Assembly (NCBI GenBank): GCA_963693365.1 | Contig: CAVNZM010000002.1 | Coordinates: 10,534,328 to 10,598,327, forward strand | Length of the DNA: 64,000 nucleotides | From: Amoebidium appalachense | Lineage: Eukaryota; Protista; Ichthyosporea | Reading direction: 5' to 3' | Part shown: one piece after another, positions 13,680-27,103 of the stretch | How the letters are laid out: every line of letters starts with the position of its first letter | Position numbering within the stretch: the stretch's first letter is position 1 | Program-made: the position numbers and the translations under genes | The notes under the pieces: generated by a model | Told to the model about the DNA's origin: nothing | The model's input: the letters and a program-made list of their open reading frames with translations, nothing else | Databases searched by the model: none

Positions 13680-15561
13680 TGGCGTGTCTATGTGTGTGTG
13701 TGTGCGGGTTTCTGGTGTTGGTGTGCCTGTTTGTATATGTGTGTGTGGTCCTAGTGCTGAGGTGGAAGCATAGGTGTGCAAAATGCCTGTGTGCGCACGA
13801 GTGGTGGTGGTTGGGGGAGGGGGGGATGGGGGTTCAGGGTGCTACCTAGGTCACCCAAAAAGATCAGGCAGCGGTAGCAGGACTGGGTCAGCTGCTCTGC
13901 ACCGAATTTGTCAGATGACGGCCCGAGCCACCCCAAGCCTTGACCAAAAGCTACCCTCCCCCCTCCCCCCCCCCCCCCCCTCCCCTCTTCCCCCTCCCCC
14001 ACACACACATATGACCAAACAGGCACACACCCTCCAGGCGCTGCATGCGCTGCTGTGGGCGCTGGCCCCGTTGCTGGCTGGCTGCTGGCTGGGCCTGCTG
14101 CCGTCCCTTGTCTTGGTCGTCGGGCTACACATGGGTCGAAAGAGTGCGTGTGCATGTGTATGTCAGCAGATAGCACATGGGGCACAGTAAAGGGCAGATA
14201 TGTGCTTGCGGGGGTGTGGATATGGTGGACAAGTGTGTGGGTAGGCCGGGGTGGGCTGGCGGCGGCGGCGGTGTGTGTGTGTGTGTGTGTGTGTGTCTTT
14301 TTTTTGGTGGGGGCGGGGGGAGGGGGGGGGTTGACTGGAAAAGGGACATAAACGTATGTTTTGTGTGTGTGGCTGTAGATGTGTGTCGGTTTCGCGGGGG
14401 GAGGGGGGGGGGGGGGGGGGGGGGGGAGGGTTGATTGTAGATGAGCGAGATGGGGGAGGAAGCATGTGGTATTTGGGGGGGGGGGTGGGGGGGGGGGATA
14501 AAGATTGAGGCCCGGGAAGTGGGTGGCAAAAGGGTAGCAGAGAAGTCTGGGTGCACGCACCCAGGCACCACATCAAACCATATGCACGAGGCTGAGCCAC
14601 CCCTTCCTTCAGCACACCTTCACCGAAACCAGCAGCACCCCCCTCCCCCCCCTCCCCCCCCCCCCCCCCCCCCCCCCCCCCCACCAGGACACGGGTTGGC
14701 ACAGAGACAGGCACTGCTTGGCATACACACGTTCAGCTGCTCGCTCATGTGCGCCCTGCCTGGCAGTGCACCAAGCAAGCAGCGGCATGAAAGCAAGTTG
14801 TGCAGGGCAGTGGGGCCAACTGGCTGCCCCGAGAGGGTAGGGTCAAGGGAGGGCACGTGCCAGCAAGGGGGTGTGCAGGCGGGCAAAGTCCAGGCAGGAC
14901 GGCTGGGGGCCGAGCAGCAGCAGGCGGTGCAGCAGGGCCTGGTAGAACCCCGTGGCCTCCAGCAGCAGCGACAACAGGAACACCCTCGCCAGGCCCCGCC
15001 CAGGCTGCTGCCTGCGCAGGCGGTTGCGGCAGGCCTCTATCAGCAGGTAGAAGCCGTGGCGCCACAGGCCCAGCTCCAGGTCGTGCGCACAGGCATAGTC
15101 GTAGGCCCCCAGCACCAGCCGCTCGTAGCAGCCCACCAGCCTGCACCCCCCTCAGCAACCGCCCAGCCCCCTGCCGGCCGCCTGTGCCGGGGCGCACCTG
15201 TGGCGAAGGTCGTGCAGGTCGGGCGCAAACAGCTGCTCGTCCGTGCTGAGCCCCCGCAGGGCCGCCTGCAGCTGGCCCTCAAGCTGCTGCGCCTCACTGC
15301 GGGCAACAGGCCGTGGGTGAGGGGAGCACAGGCACAGGCAAGAGGGTGGTTACAGGGACATGGGCGAGGGGGAGGGGGGGAGTAGAGGGGCGAGCGGATA
15401 AGGGGCAGGGATGAGGGGCAGTGGGTGCGGGGGCTGGCGGAGTTAGGGGGGGAAGGGTCCAGAGGAGGAGCGGAGGGGCACCTGTGCAGGGCCTTGGGCT
15501 GGTCCAGGCCGGGTTCCCCTCCGACCGGCCGGTTGGCCCGCGCGGGCAGGTGGGGTCGCAT
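8833..15561 (-). CDS. SMG5: SMG5-like nonsense-mediated decay factor (EST1/14-3-3-like domain plus degenerate PIN domain), multi-exon
   Basis: N-terminal EQLFAPDLHDLRHR|LVGCYERLVL...ELGLWRHGFY; EST1 motifs ARRYYLQAY, GRAFNQLGVL, DALYCYCRA; PIN segments YAIPDVGCF, VPLVALAGLDELKK, AREATRWLEDRFQK, VVVLTEQ. The later catalytic acidic residues are missing, as in SMG5 rather than SMG6. Confidence 0.8.
13006..13680. repeat. (TG)n, (CG)n and poly-G simple repeats in a long SMG5 intron
   Basis: Perfect (TG) run at about 13006-13090 followed by (CG)n; poly-G of about 49 nt at 13630-13678. Confidence 0.9.
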
Positions 15562-16495
15562 GGGCGTGGAACATGTGCCCGTCCGGGTAGCCCCGAAGCA
15601 GACAGACGGGGCAAAGAGGTTCGTTGGGCACGCAAGCCGTGTGCTTGCGCTGTGGCACCCCACTGACTCCCGGCAGTACGCGTACAGCAGAGCTACTCAG
15701 AAGGTTACTGACTGGCCTGGCACGGCTGGCCCAGTACTAGTCACTGCGGCATGTCTCGGCGGGACGCAACACAGGGTGGCGCAGATATAGGGTCAGTCAG
15801 CACGTTTACTGGCCATAACTCACACACACGTGAACGAGCTTGCCACACACGCACGGTGATCATTACATTCGGTTCTAATACTGGGTGACCGCTCACACAG
15901 GCCCACACAGAACACGCGCATACACACAAACGTCCACCGAAGTACATCCCACCTGCACGCACACACAATGCAATTGCACGGACACACATCACCGGGCACA
16001 CAGTTTGCTGATTGTGGACATGATACACACAGAGGTACACAGGGCAAAGCAGGCGCGCGCACACATGCATGTACGTGGCACCTGCACACGCCTGCTGCAA
16101 AGGCTGTGGTCACACAAAAAATCTACAATGAAATTAGGGTCACTCAGTGAATGGAAAAAGCGCCACAAACACGCACTGTGCAGTGGCCGATTGAAGGGAT
16201 GCCCACACGCACTGTCACGGTAGTGGCAACGGCACGCACCTTGTAACCGCCATGGACCACACACACACACACAGTGCAGTCAATAAAGGGGCCACACGCA
16301 TGGGCAATGGCTGCCTCACCATGTCTGGAGTCGCAATGGCTGCCTCACCATGTCTGGAGTCGATTGGCCACGCACATACACGGGCGGTGTCATGGTATAA
16401 GGACCACACACACACGTGCACTGTGACACAGACCATGCCTGCACAGAGTTATTGCATTGGACCACACACACACACAGTGTATAATGGCTATGGGC

Positions 16496-16572
<77 letters not shown>

Positions 16573-16612
16573 ACACACACACACATTGCCTTGGAAATGG
16601 CCACACACACAC

Positions 16613-16647
<35 letters not shown>

Positions 16648-16699
16648 GCACAGTGCTATGGCAACGGCCACACACGCACACACACAGGGCTACGGCAAT

Positions 16700-16748
<49 letters not shown>

Positions 16749-16753
16749 TGCTA

Positions 16754-16859
16754 CAGGACTCGACCATGTTTAAGATTACGTGAATTTTGGGTCTAGCCAG
16801 CTGGAATCTTAATTTTTGGACCCCTAGCCTCCCCTAGCCTACACAATCTTAAATTTATC

Positions 16860-16894
<35 letters not shown>

Positions 16895-17012
16895 CACACA
16901 CACACACACACACCTCACCACCACCACCACCACCACCACCACTTACACACACACACACACAACCATCATCACCGCCTCCCGCGCGCGCGGGGCGGGGGGG
17001 GGGGGGGGGGGG

Positions 17013-17047
<35 letters not shown>

Positions 17048-17615
17048 ACGTGTAAGTCTTCAAACACAACTGTACTTGCAATATGTATGTTATTATTGCA
17101 CCGCCGCCAAGGCGAGCAAGCATAGACAACATAGGAACTCCATATAGATATAATAAATCCGGGAGTTACAGATGCTCTCAGGTCATGCTACTACACAGGA
17201 CATCCAACCAAGGTTCATTTATTATTGACGATCAGCTACATAGAAAAAACAATGTTTATTTAAAAATTAAAATTATATTATTAAACTTATTTCAGAGCCA
17301 GCTGTAGACTAATGGCTCATCACTAGTTTTAACTTGAAAGCCTGTGCTTGTCAAAATTTCTTCTATAAAGGGAGAAAACCTTAAGCTTGTACGTGTGTAT
17401 GTATGTCTGGATGTATTACTAGGGAACAGATGCAGGCTACTATAACTTAAATTATAACGTGTGCACGTATGTGGGGGTGGGCACATGAACTTCACGGTGT
17501 GGCGCCTAATTGCAGAAAAACTTTTCAATCAGAAAACGGGAGAAGGAAAAAAAAAGAAAGAAAGAAAGAAAGAAACAGAAAACCAAAGGAAAAAAAGCCT
17601 CGTCACCCCCCCTCT

Positions 17616-17646
<31 letters not shown>

Positions 17647-17652
17647 CCCCCC

Positions 17653-17684
<32 letters not shown>

Positions 17685-18553
17685 AACACACATCTCCACC
17701 CAAACCGTACTTATCTGCTATTCACCTGTCTCGTGCAATAGGCACCACACTTCACACCGACCTAACTCTGGTCCATAGGCATACGAGCTCTCCACCAACG
17801 AAAGATGCAACAGCTGCCCATCATCAAAACAGACAGCATAATTGCGTTTCCTGACATTTGACCTATCCACTACCTTCCTCACGGCCCATCCCTCTCCATC
17901 CCGGAACCTCCACATAACCCGACGTCCCTTTAATGAACATGTGGTGAGGGGAGGACAATCCGTTACAACTTCATGTCCTGGGGGCACAAACCATGGGACA
18001 AGCTCGACCTCCTCCTCCCCCTCCTCCCCGCCATTAACCTCCTCTGGACCTTCCTCCAGCTCCACCTCATATTCCGACTGCTCTCCCAAATCATCCTTCT
18101 CTGCTTCGTGCTGTTGACCTAACACATCTATATTCTCCGGCGGGGGGGGCATGGGCTTTGGGTCCTTCCTTTTCGAACCCTTTCCCTTCGGCTGATTGGT
18201 ACCCGTCGTTTCCGTCGTTTCCGTCGAATTTTCCAAACCCAGAAGCTCCGGGTGGCCCTCCCCCCAGCTAGAGTGGGGGGGCCCGAACGGTCGTTCGAAA
18301 TTGAGAAGCTCCGGACTCACATGCTGCAACTTAATCAGGTGATCGCCACTGCCATCTGCCGTTAGAAGAGAGCCGGTGGATTCGAACGCCTTCCGGATGT
18401 TTGGGAGATACCGACCATTTTCACCCAGGGGGGGGGCTAGCGAAAAATCTTAGAGGTAGACAGGAAGGTCCAGCCGGCTAGAATCTTAAATTTTCAAAAA
18501 TTTCTAGCGCTACAATCTTAAATTAGGATAATCTTAATTCTGGTCGAGTCCTG
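16754..18553 (-). mobile_element. Internally deleted pogo-type (Tc1/mariner superfamily) DNA transposon, 1800 bp
   Basis: TIRs CAGGACTCGACCA (13 bp perfect, extending to 25 bp with 3 mismatches). TA target duplication at 16752-53 and 18554-55 splits a satellite unit (GTGC-TA-TGGCAATGG). Repeated subterminal AATCTTAA motifs. Confidence 0.88.
17718..18428 (-). pseudogene. C-terminal remnant of a pogo/Tigger-like transposase with an acidic linker and a Tudor/SH3-like end domain
   Basis: In-frame IRKAFESTGSLLTADGSGDHLIKLQ resembles the post-DDE C-terminal motif of pogo/Tigger transposases. No DDE core, HTH or ATG upstream. Confidence 0.65.
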
Positions 18554-18564
18554 TATGGCAATGG

Positions 18565-18602
<38 letters not shown>

Positions 18603-18649
18603 GTGCTATGGCAACGGGCACACACGCACACAGGGCTACGGCAATGGGA

Positions 18650-18684
<35 letters not shown>

Positions 18685-18698
18685 TGCTATGGCAATGG

Positions 18699-18738
<40 letters not shown>

Positions 18739-18792
18739 TGCTATGGCAATGGCCACACACACACACACACACACACTGTGCTATGGCAATGG

Positions 18793-18828
<36 letters not shown>

Positions 18829-19680
18829 TGCTATGGCAATGGCCACACACACACACAGTGCTATGGAAATGGGCCACACACACACACACAGTGCTATGGC
18901 TATGGGCCACACACACACACAGTGCCTATGGCAATGGGCCACACACACACACACAGTGCTATGGCAATGGGCAACACACACACACGCAGTGTTACGGCAA
19001 TGGGTCACACGGCCACACGCACACACACACATTACTGTGGCCATGGGCACACGCACACACACACTGTAAAGCAATCTGCGCCACACACACACACAAACAG
19101 ACACACACAGTGTGAAGCAATCGTGCGACACACACACACACACAGAGTGAAGCAACCATGCGCCACAAACACGCAGTGTAAAGGCAGTGGGCCACACAGG
19201 CAGAGCGACTGAGGTGGCGACTCGCCGCACACACGGTGTAGGCGGCAACGGGCACACACACGAACGCCAACACAAGCACACCACCCCTCACATGAAACCC
19301 ACTGGCCTATGCCACACCTCTGTTAATGGACCACACCCGGGCACAAAATCTATTGTCAAAGGGCCTTAACCAGCTGCAGGCTACCACATTGGGAGGTGAT
19401 GCCTGTTGCTCGGTCCTATCTTATCATTAAAGCCCTGCTGACCACTACTAGTGTGTAGTAACGACTCATGCACGAAACCCACTTGGACACCATGTTGCAT
19501 CATAACCGTTGAAACAAGAGCACTGCTGTCAATTGGACTAAAGCGTGCCAAGATGTCATGGTAACCTCGAGAGAGGGGGGGGAGGGGGGGGAGGGTTCGG
19601 CACGTCACTGAAAGTACACTTTGGCGCTTTTGGCCACACAGGAGTGTCCGAGCAAGAGTCAAGCACAGTTTACTGGCCGG

Positions 19681-20276
19681 CTACTTGCCCAGGCGCAGGC
19701 GCAGGGCCCGCATCTTCTTGCGCCACTTCTTGTACTTGTGCTTCTTCATCTTCTTGCGCCGCTTCTTGATCACACTGCTGGCCTCGTACACCACCGTCAT
19801 CTCCTCCACCCCCCCAATCCGTGGCCTGCTCACCACCCCGGCCCCGCCCTGTGGCACCAGCAGCTCTCGGCCCAGCGGGGTCGTGGGCAGGCCCAGAGGC
19901 GGCACCAGGCCCGGCCGGCTGGGCAGCAGGGGGGGCAGCATGCCCGGCAAGAACACGGGTGGCCGCAGCCCGGCTGCCAGCCGGCTACTTGGCTGCATGA
20001 ACGGCTGATACAGCGAGGACACACCTGCAGGGCTGGTCAGCAACCACCAGCGCACACACAGATTGGTGGGGGTAGGTGTGCAATGTGGGCATGGGGGGGG
20101 CAGCGGAAGCCACGAAGAGGGAGGTGATGAGGCTCAACAGACAGACAGGGTGTGATGAGGAGTTAAAGAGGCCACAACAGGGCCACCGGGAAAGAAACCT
20201 CTTGTGCAGCTGCAGGCTAGCCACACAAATGCCCTATCGATAGGGTTTTTAGAGGTACATTGCAGGCAAGAGGCAA

Positions 20277-20314
<38 letters not shown>

Positions 20315-21636
20315 TGTGTGCACAATATAACGTTTCGGAGGGCGCAAACCCAACATGCACACACGAAAAGATTCAGGACACGTCGAGAATGAAAAGAACA
20401 CACAGCCAGTGGAGGGGCATAAAAGGACAACCCGGTGCTGACAGACCAAGCAAAGCCAACAAAGTATGATATATGCAGTCCAAGCCTACCCCCCCCCCCC
20501 CCCCCCCACCACCACCACACACACAACATAACCCTCCCCCCCCCCCCCCCCCCCCTCAAAAAAAGAAGATAAGCCACAGTGAAGGCCCCTAGGTTCAGTA
20601 GCCAGCAAACTTAGAAGTGTCTTGGCTACAACCAACACGCACAAGGCATCACATGTATACGTAAACACACCCAAATGGATTGCATGTGGGATAGCAGTGG
20701 GTGCAGCAGTGCCCTTGCTGGTGGTTGGAAAAGGGGGGGAGGGGAGGGGGGGGGGGACCCGTGAGCTGCAGAAAGGATGCAAGAAAGAAAAACTGGATAT
20801 GGAAATGAAAAAAAAGGCCCTCACAACACGAGGAAGAAATAACATCAAATCTAAGGCACGGAATGTGAGGAGGGAGGAGGAGAAAGAGTAAACAAGGTTC
20901 TGTATGATGCAGAGGACGAAAGAGACCGGGAGCAAAGGGAGGAGGGTGAAACACTGCGGAATGTGCAGTCATGAGAGTGCCTGGAATAGGGCACTGCCTG
21001 GTCGTGCCCTTATCAGAAAGGGCCAGACAGCAGCGAGTAGACAAGGAAAAGGACATTCCAGCAGTGCCTGCGCAAACACAGAAGGGCACCAGAGAGAGCT
21101 CTGGCAAGGTGGGCGACACGAGGGACACCAGACACCAAGCCAGCAAGCCACCAGGCAGCAGGGTGAACAGGTGTGATATGGGGGGTTTTAAGGGCAGCAG
21201 GGTGAGAGTAAAATGCAGACCGTTCCACAGCCCGTACCGGACTAAGACGTTAGGTCACAGCTACTATTAGAGAAGTTGTGAAGGGGTTGTAGAGGGCCGT
21301 AGCATATAACAGGGAAGGGAAGACAAGGGTAGGGAAGTTCAGAGTGAGACAGGGGGGCAGGGCAAAAGGCGGTACAAACAGTAGCATAGGGACTGGCTCA
21401 CTACAAATCGCCACAGGGCAGACAGGTCCAGTTGCAACACCCACTGAGTTAAGTGGAAGCACATGCCTACGCTCTAGATTGGATGGGTTGTGAAGAAGAG
21501 AAGACAGAGCGGGAGACAAGCGAGAAAGAAAAAATGGGGGTGATTTGGGGAAGGGGGGAGGACTAGAGAGAGCAGGCAGGGAAGGCGGGTTGGAAATAGA
21601 AGACACGAACACACAAACACACACACTGACAGACGG

Positions 21637-21700
<64 letters not shown>

Positions 21701-22305
21701 CGGGGAGGGGGGAGAGAGAGAGGGGGGGGGAGGGAGGGAGTAAGTAGAGGGACAAGAGAAACGGAAGCAGAAAGGGGGTGGGGGGGGGGGGGGGGGAGAA
21801 GGGGGGAGGGAGAGGGAGAGAAAGACAGGGGATTGCAAGCGAGGAAGGAGAGGAATGGGAAATCGATGGCAAGCACAGAGTGGCACAAAGGAGATAATTT
21901 TTGAGCGTGACGTGTGTGAAAAGTGTGCAGGGGGGTGGAGGGGAGGAGGGGAAGGAAAACGTGGTCGATTGCACTTGTGCTTGAGTTAAGTGCGTGAGCA
22001 CCTGTGCAAGTGTGTGTGTGCTTGTCCTTCTTGGGCCTCGCTAAGGTACAGCACGTTTTCAGCGAGCAAAGCACGGTGGCAGGCACGCACACGCAGCAAG
22101 GCACGTGCAGGCTCACCTTTGTGCTCCGTGGCTGTGGCAAAGTGTCTGTGGGCCCATGTTGCTGGTCGGCAGCCCTCAACAACTGTGTGCCCCCCTTTCC
22201 CCATCAGTATTTGTGCCCCCAGGCACACTCAGCCTAACCAGGCGCCCCACCTGCCAGCAGTGCCTGTCGTGCCCTCCCGCCCAGTGCACCGCGCAGGGCA
22301 GCCAT
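19681..22305 (-). CDS. AURKAIP1: Mitochondrial ribosomal protein mS38 (AURKAIP1/Cox24 family), 3 exons
   Basis: C-terminus YEASSVIKKRRKKMKKHKYKKWRKKMRALRLRLGK*. Spliced N-terminus MAALRGALGGRARQALLA|VVEGCRPATWAHRHFATATEHK|G resembles a mitochondrial presequence. Both introns are phase-1 GT-AG. Confidence 0.85.
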
Positions 22306-22691
22306 GTCGGTGTCCCAGGGCCGCCTGTGCGCCCTTTCTTGCAGCTGGGTGTGGCCTGCCTGGGCTGTGGGGTGCAAAGACACGCCTGGTGGGCACACTG
22401 CAGTGCTCTGGCCTCAAGGTGCTCGTGCGCTTGGCTCGCTGCTTGCAGGCTGGGCCGTGGCACGCAACACTGCTGTGTTACTCGCTGAACGTAGCCGTGT
22501 GCTGCACTGGCCGCGCTCACCGTCTGACCCTGCCGCATGGACGCCAAGCATCCATCAGCGTGTTTGCGCACCCTGGACGCCCTGCCATCAGCTGATGTGA
22601 CTGTGATGCTGCCAAGCCCCGGTGGCCCAGATTTTCTCCGGAGTCGACGATAGTGAACCATTATCCCCCGCGGGCCACAATGCCGTGTGCC
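22306..22691. promoter_or_regulatory. Putative bidirectional promoter between mS38 and ICT1
   Basis: Only 386 bp separate two divergent ATGs (22305 minus, 22692 plus). Confidence 0.5.
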
Positions 22692-24125
22692 ATGGCGGCC
22701 CTGGGCCGTGTGGCGCTGTGCGTTTCTGCCTGGCGGCCCGCACAGCCACTGCTGGCGCTGCGGTGCTACAGCAGCAGCCAAGAGGTATGCCTCCGTGCGC
22801 AGGCAGCTTGCTGTGCCGCAGGCACTTACCGGGCTTGAGCAGGGCCCACAGAGAGACGACCTGCTCTATGGCGGCCTCATCCCAAAGAGTAAGTGGGTCC
22901 CCGAGGGTAGGAGTTGCGCATGGAAACAGCAATCCCACAAAGTGGAGGAAGAGAGGGGGGGAGGGGGGGGGGGGGGGGGAAGAGAGGAGGATGAAGAGCA
23001 CCGGCAAGTGGCTTGAAAGTAGGAGGGTGTGTTAAGAGGAAAGTAAAGCACAAGCACAGATAAGTCCTGGGCCTGTGTGTATGTGCAGGCACGGGGGTGC
23101 GTAGCTCAGGGCTGGGCGTCGCGCTGTGGCCGTGCTGCTGGTGGTCTGCTGCGCATCCTCTTCACGCCTCTCCTTTCTTGTGTGCAGTGTGGGTGTGGGT
23201 CTGCAGCTGTTTGCCTGTGCGTGCAACGGCCTGTGCACAAGGTTCTTCGTGTCCTTCGGTTCTGTGCCTAGGCTCGGCACTGACCATAGCCCACGACAGG
23301 TGCACTTACCATCACCTTTGCCCGGAGCAGTGGCCCCGGCGGCCAGAACGTCAACAAAGGTATGTGCCCGGCCTGTATGCTGTGCTTGTTGGGTGCCTCT
23401 GAGGGGTGCTGGGGGTTCAGTCAACACGAAGGCGGACGTGCGCTTTAACGTTTACAAGGCCGACTGGCTGCCTGCGCACGTGCGGACCAAACTCGTCGAA
23501 CAGGTAGTGCTGCGGGGTGCGGGTGGGGGCGGGAAGCTGGGGGTCACTCAACTGGGGTGAGGCAGGAGGGCAACCGGATCAACAACCGTGGGGAGTTGGT
23601 GGTGAGCTCCACGGTGGCGCGCACACAGAGGGCCAACGTGGACGATGCAATAGCCCGCATACTCACGGTGCGTAAGGGGGGCGGGGGAAATAGTGTGAGG
23701 GCACACGGAGGGGGGGGGGGGGGGGGGGAGGGGGGGTAGGTGGGTGGGTGGGTGGGTGGGTGAGGGGGGGGGGGGGAGGGGGGCTGACTGTTTGCGCAGA
23801 TGATAGAGCGGGCCAGCGTTCTGCCCACGGAGACGTCGCAGGAACAGAAGAACCACGTGACCAAGCTGTAGGTGCCCGTAGCATGGCCCGTGGTCCGTGT
23901 GGTCGTAACTGTGTGGGCATGCATGCAGCCCTTTGTCTCTGTGCTTGTGGGCACGGGTTGGGGCTCGGCTGCAGGCATAATAGGTGTTGGGAGAGGAGGG
24001 GGGGGGGGGGGGGGGAGGGTTGACGGGGGACTGTGTGCAGGCAGAAGAAGGCAAACGAGGCGCGCCTGGAGCGCAAAAAGCTGCAGTCCAGCAAGAAGGC
24101 CGCACGCAAGGGCGACGACTGGTAG
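22692..24125 (+). CDS. MRPL58: Mitochondrial peptidyl-tRNA hydrolase ICT1 / mL62 (ArfB family), multi-exon
   Basis: ITFARSSGPGGQNVNK|VNTKADVRF...WLP, NRINNRGELVVSSTVARTQRANVDDA, and basic tail RLERKKLQSSKKAARKGDDW*. GGQ motif intact. Confidence 0.92.
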
Positions 24126-25450
24126 CCCACTAAGGGTGGAGGCAGGCCAGGGGGAGGCTGCAGAGATAGCGGCAGGGGGGGTTGCAGTGTGTTTCTTCCA
24201 TATTGCTAGATATTCGGCACGTAGGGAATATGACAATAGCAGTGTCTACCCAACCAGATAACCAGAGTACCAACCACCTAGTACTTTTGTTTTACCTGCG
24301 CCCTGAAGTGGACAACAACAAACGAGGAACTAGAGATGGCTGTTCGTTGGCCTGAGGGCCTTGGAGCTGCCACCTGAGCCGTTCACCATGGGAGAAGGAG
24401 CATGGAAATACCTGGCACGTGCTCAACACCAAATAGTTAAAAGCTGAACCTGGGTTTGTAACCCAGTCAGCAATTTATTGGCAAACCCGATGTGGGCAAG
24501 GCTAAATTTTGAAACCTTTCAGTGAGCCGGACGGTGTTAGCGGACAGCAAGGTGTCAGTACAGGCAGAATACACTATGTAGTGCTCTGTGTGGATACTAG
24601 ATATCACGTGCACCGCAGGCTTGCAGTACACTATATAAACCTTGTAGTTTGAACTAGTCTGAACTGTTTGCACACGAGTGATGTGACAACGTTTCGATTC
24701 TTGGGTATGAGTTTACAGGAGTGCGAGCTACCCTCAATAAACGACCTAGGTGAAGCACTTCGGCCCGCCATGAAGCATCCCGCCCGCCTGCCCACTCATG
24801 GGGCCTGGCAACAGAAGTGTCTCGTGCACAAACCACGCACTGTGGCTGTGGCGCCAAGTCAGTGCCTGCCACTGCTGGTGACCGCACAACGATTACCTAC
24901 CTAGGGGCAGAGGCTGGCGACCGCCCCCACAGAGCAAATCTAGCTGCGTGCACACACGTAAGTGTGGTTCAGCGGGCTGATTAAGAGCTTGCGGCAAAGC
25001 CGACCTTTGGCTAATGGCATTCTATGTCCTGCACTGGGACGTTGAAGGGTTGAATGTGCAAGTGTAGGAACATCGCTGTGTACAATAGAGCCTCCTGAGC
25101 CTCTCACAGGGTTTGAACATTACCGGCACGGCGTCTGATTGGCAAATAGGTTTTTGCGCTGCCGCGCGCCATTAGCCGATCTACAATAGCTTTGCGCAAT
25201 TGCCCCCGTAGGGTGCACTCGGGACTCTGTGAGCTGATCAGCTGTGAGGCGGCTGGCCAGTCACAAGTGCATTTTGTTTAAGAGTTCTGAACGAATAAGT
25301 GGCTTTCTGGTGCCTAAGCGAGATAGCGTTGCAGCTGGCCCCTGGGCAGCACGGCAAAGAGCTCTGGTCGTGCGTCGTGCGAGAATGAGAGTAAGGGCCA
25401 CGAGTGTGCGTAGCTGGTGCCACTGAGGGGGTAGACCCTTCTCAATCAAC

Positions 25451-27069
25451 ATGCTGGAAAGCTTGGCCTGTGATCTGCTCAATGAGTACTTCGGCGCCTA
25501 CGTCGAAAACCTGAACCGGGAGAACCTCTCCCTTCAGGTGTGGAAAGGTAGGGCATTTGTGACGGTCCTCCTAGTGGGTTCAGGTACGCTGCTCTGCACC
25601 TTGTTTCTATGGAACCGGGTACCTAGCTTAGCAGTTGAAGCTTGCCCGTAAGTCTAAAGGGAGCAGGGTGTGAGGGAAACACTGCAAGGAAGCCTAGCAG
25701 TCGCAGTCGCCTTTTTTTGTGAGAATCCCCTGGAACTGGAAGACTGGTGTCAGACACTCAGCATCAAAAGTACCAGCATCGTCCCAGTGGCTGGAAAGTC
25801 GAGAAAGCTCTGGAAACGTACAACAAAATGTTGGGTTGGCTTTGGTTATTTAGCATAGATTACTTGCCGTGGGAAGGTTTTCTGATACTGGTGTTCGAAA
25901 CGGTCAAGGAGGGGATAGGCCAGGGTTGTCAGGGATTCACTTCCTTTAGGTGGTTGCTTGTCCCTGAACTGAGATTGTGCTGCCCTACACAGGAGAGGTG
26001 CAGCTTGAGAGGCTGGCCCTGAAACAGACCGCTCTCGAGGACCTGAATTTGCCCATCGATGTCAGGACCGGTAAGTGCTCGTTTAAATATCTGTGCGTCT
26101 GTGCTTGTTATTCCTGCCCGAGAACCTGGTGCCCAGTGGGATTAGGTTGCTGCTTGGACCGGGAGTGGGCAAGTGCCATCTTGTTGCCTGGTGGTGATGC
26201 CAGTAGGAGCTTGCCCCGTGGGGTATGGTGTAGCATTCTCTGACTTGCCCCGCGTCCCAGGCCACATAGAGAAGCTCTCTATGCGGATACCCTGGCGCAA
26301 CCTGAAAGGGGAGCCGGTTGTCATCAACATCAAGGGCCTGTATGTGCTTGCAAACCCACGGGTGCAGGTTGAGGTGAGTCTGCTGGCCCACAGGGGGTGG
26401 GGCCAGACAGGGAGGGCACTGAGGTGGCGGGGCAGTACAATGAGGCCACGGAGAGGCAGCGGCAGCAGGCGCTCAAGGAGAGGGCACTGGCCGAGTTTGA
26501 GGCACTCAAGCTGAAGCAGCTGCAGAAGGTCGGCACGAGCCACGGCCCTGGGGGGGGGGCAGGGGCACCGGGCACTGAGGCATGGGGGTGGCAGGTGGAG
26601 GAGCAGAAGGGCGACAACTTCAACGCCACGCTGGTGGGCAAGATAGTCAACAACCTGCAGCTGGTCATCGAGGACGTGCACATACGCTACGAGGACCACA
26701 CCTCCACCCCCGAGGTACGTGCCTGGCCCCACCCACTGCCAGGTGGCTGCCAGGCCACCTTAGCCACAAGCTTGTTTCCGGTACAGCGGGTTTTCACCTG
26801 GCTGCTTGGGTGGGCATGGGGTGGCAGGGCACCTTGTTGCTATTAGGCCCCAGACGGCAGATAATCATGGCAAGCACAGCCTGGATTTAATTTTATGCAG
26901 GCTCTGGGCCGATGTTTTTTGGGTTCGTGTGACCCCACCCTAGAATTTGGCCAAAGGCGAAGAAAGGCCATGGGTTATTCTGACAACCTGGCTGCTGTGT
27001 CGTGTTTTAAGGGCAGTGCTTTATACTGCATGGTGTCAACCCCTAAAATCCCCAGAGCAACGTGTGGGA

Positions 27070-27103
<34 letters not shown>

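Larger units (their letters stand above)
16250..19200. repeat. Composite satellite: [(CA)n + (C/A)GTGCTATGGCAATGGCC] units, interrupted by a transposon
   Basis: Many copies of the GTGCTATGGCAATGG core separated by CA runs of variable length (16250-16753 and 18554-19200). Includes a 29-bp perfect tandem duplication at 16304-16361. Confidence 0.85.

Noticed and set aside
18554-19000. CRISPR-like appearance (constant repeat with intervening spacers)
   Set aside because: Spacers are just (CA)n, not unique sequences; eukaryotic context; no cas genes.
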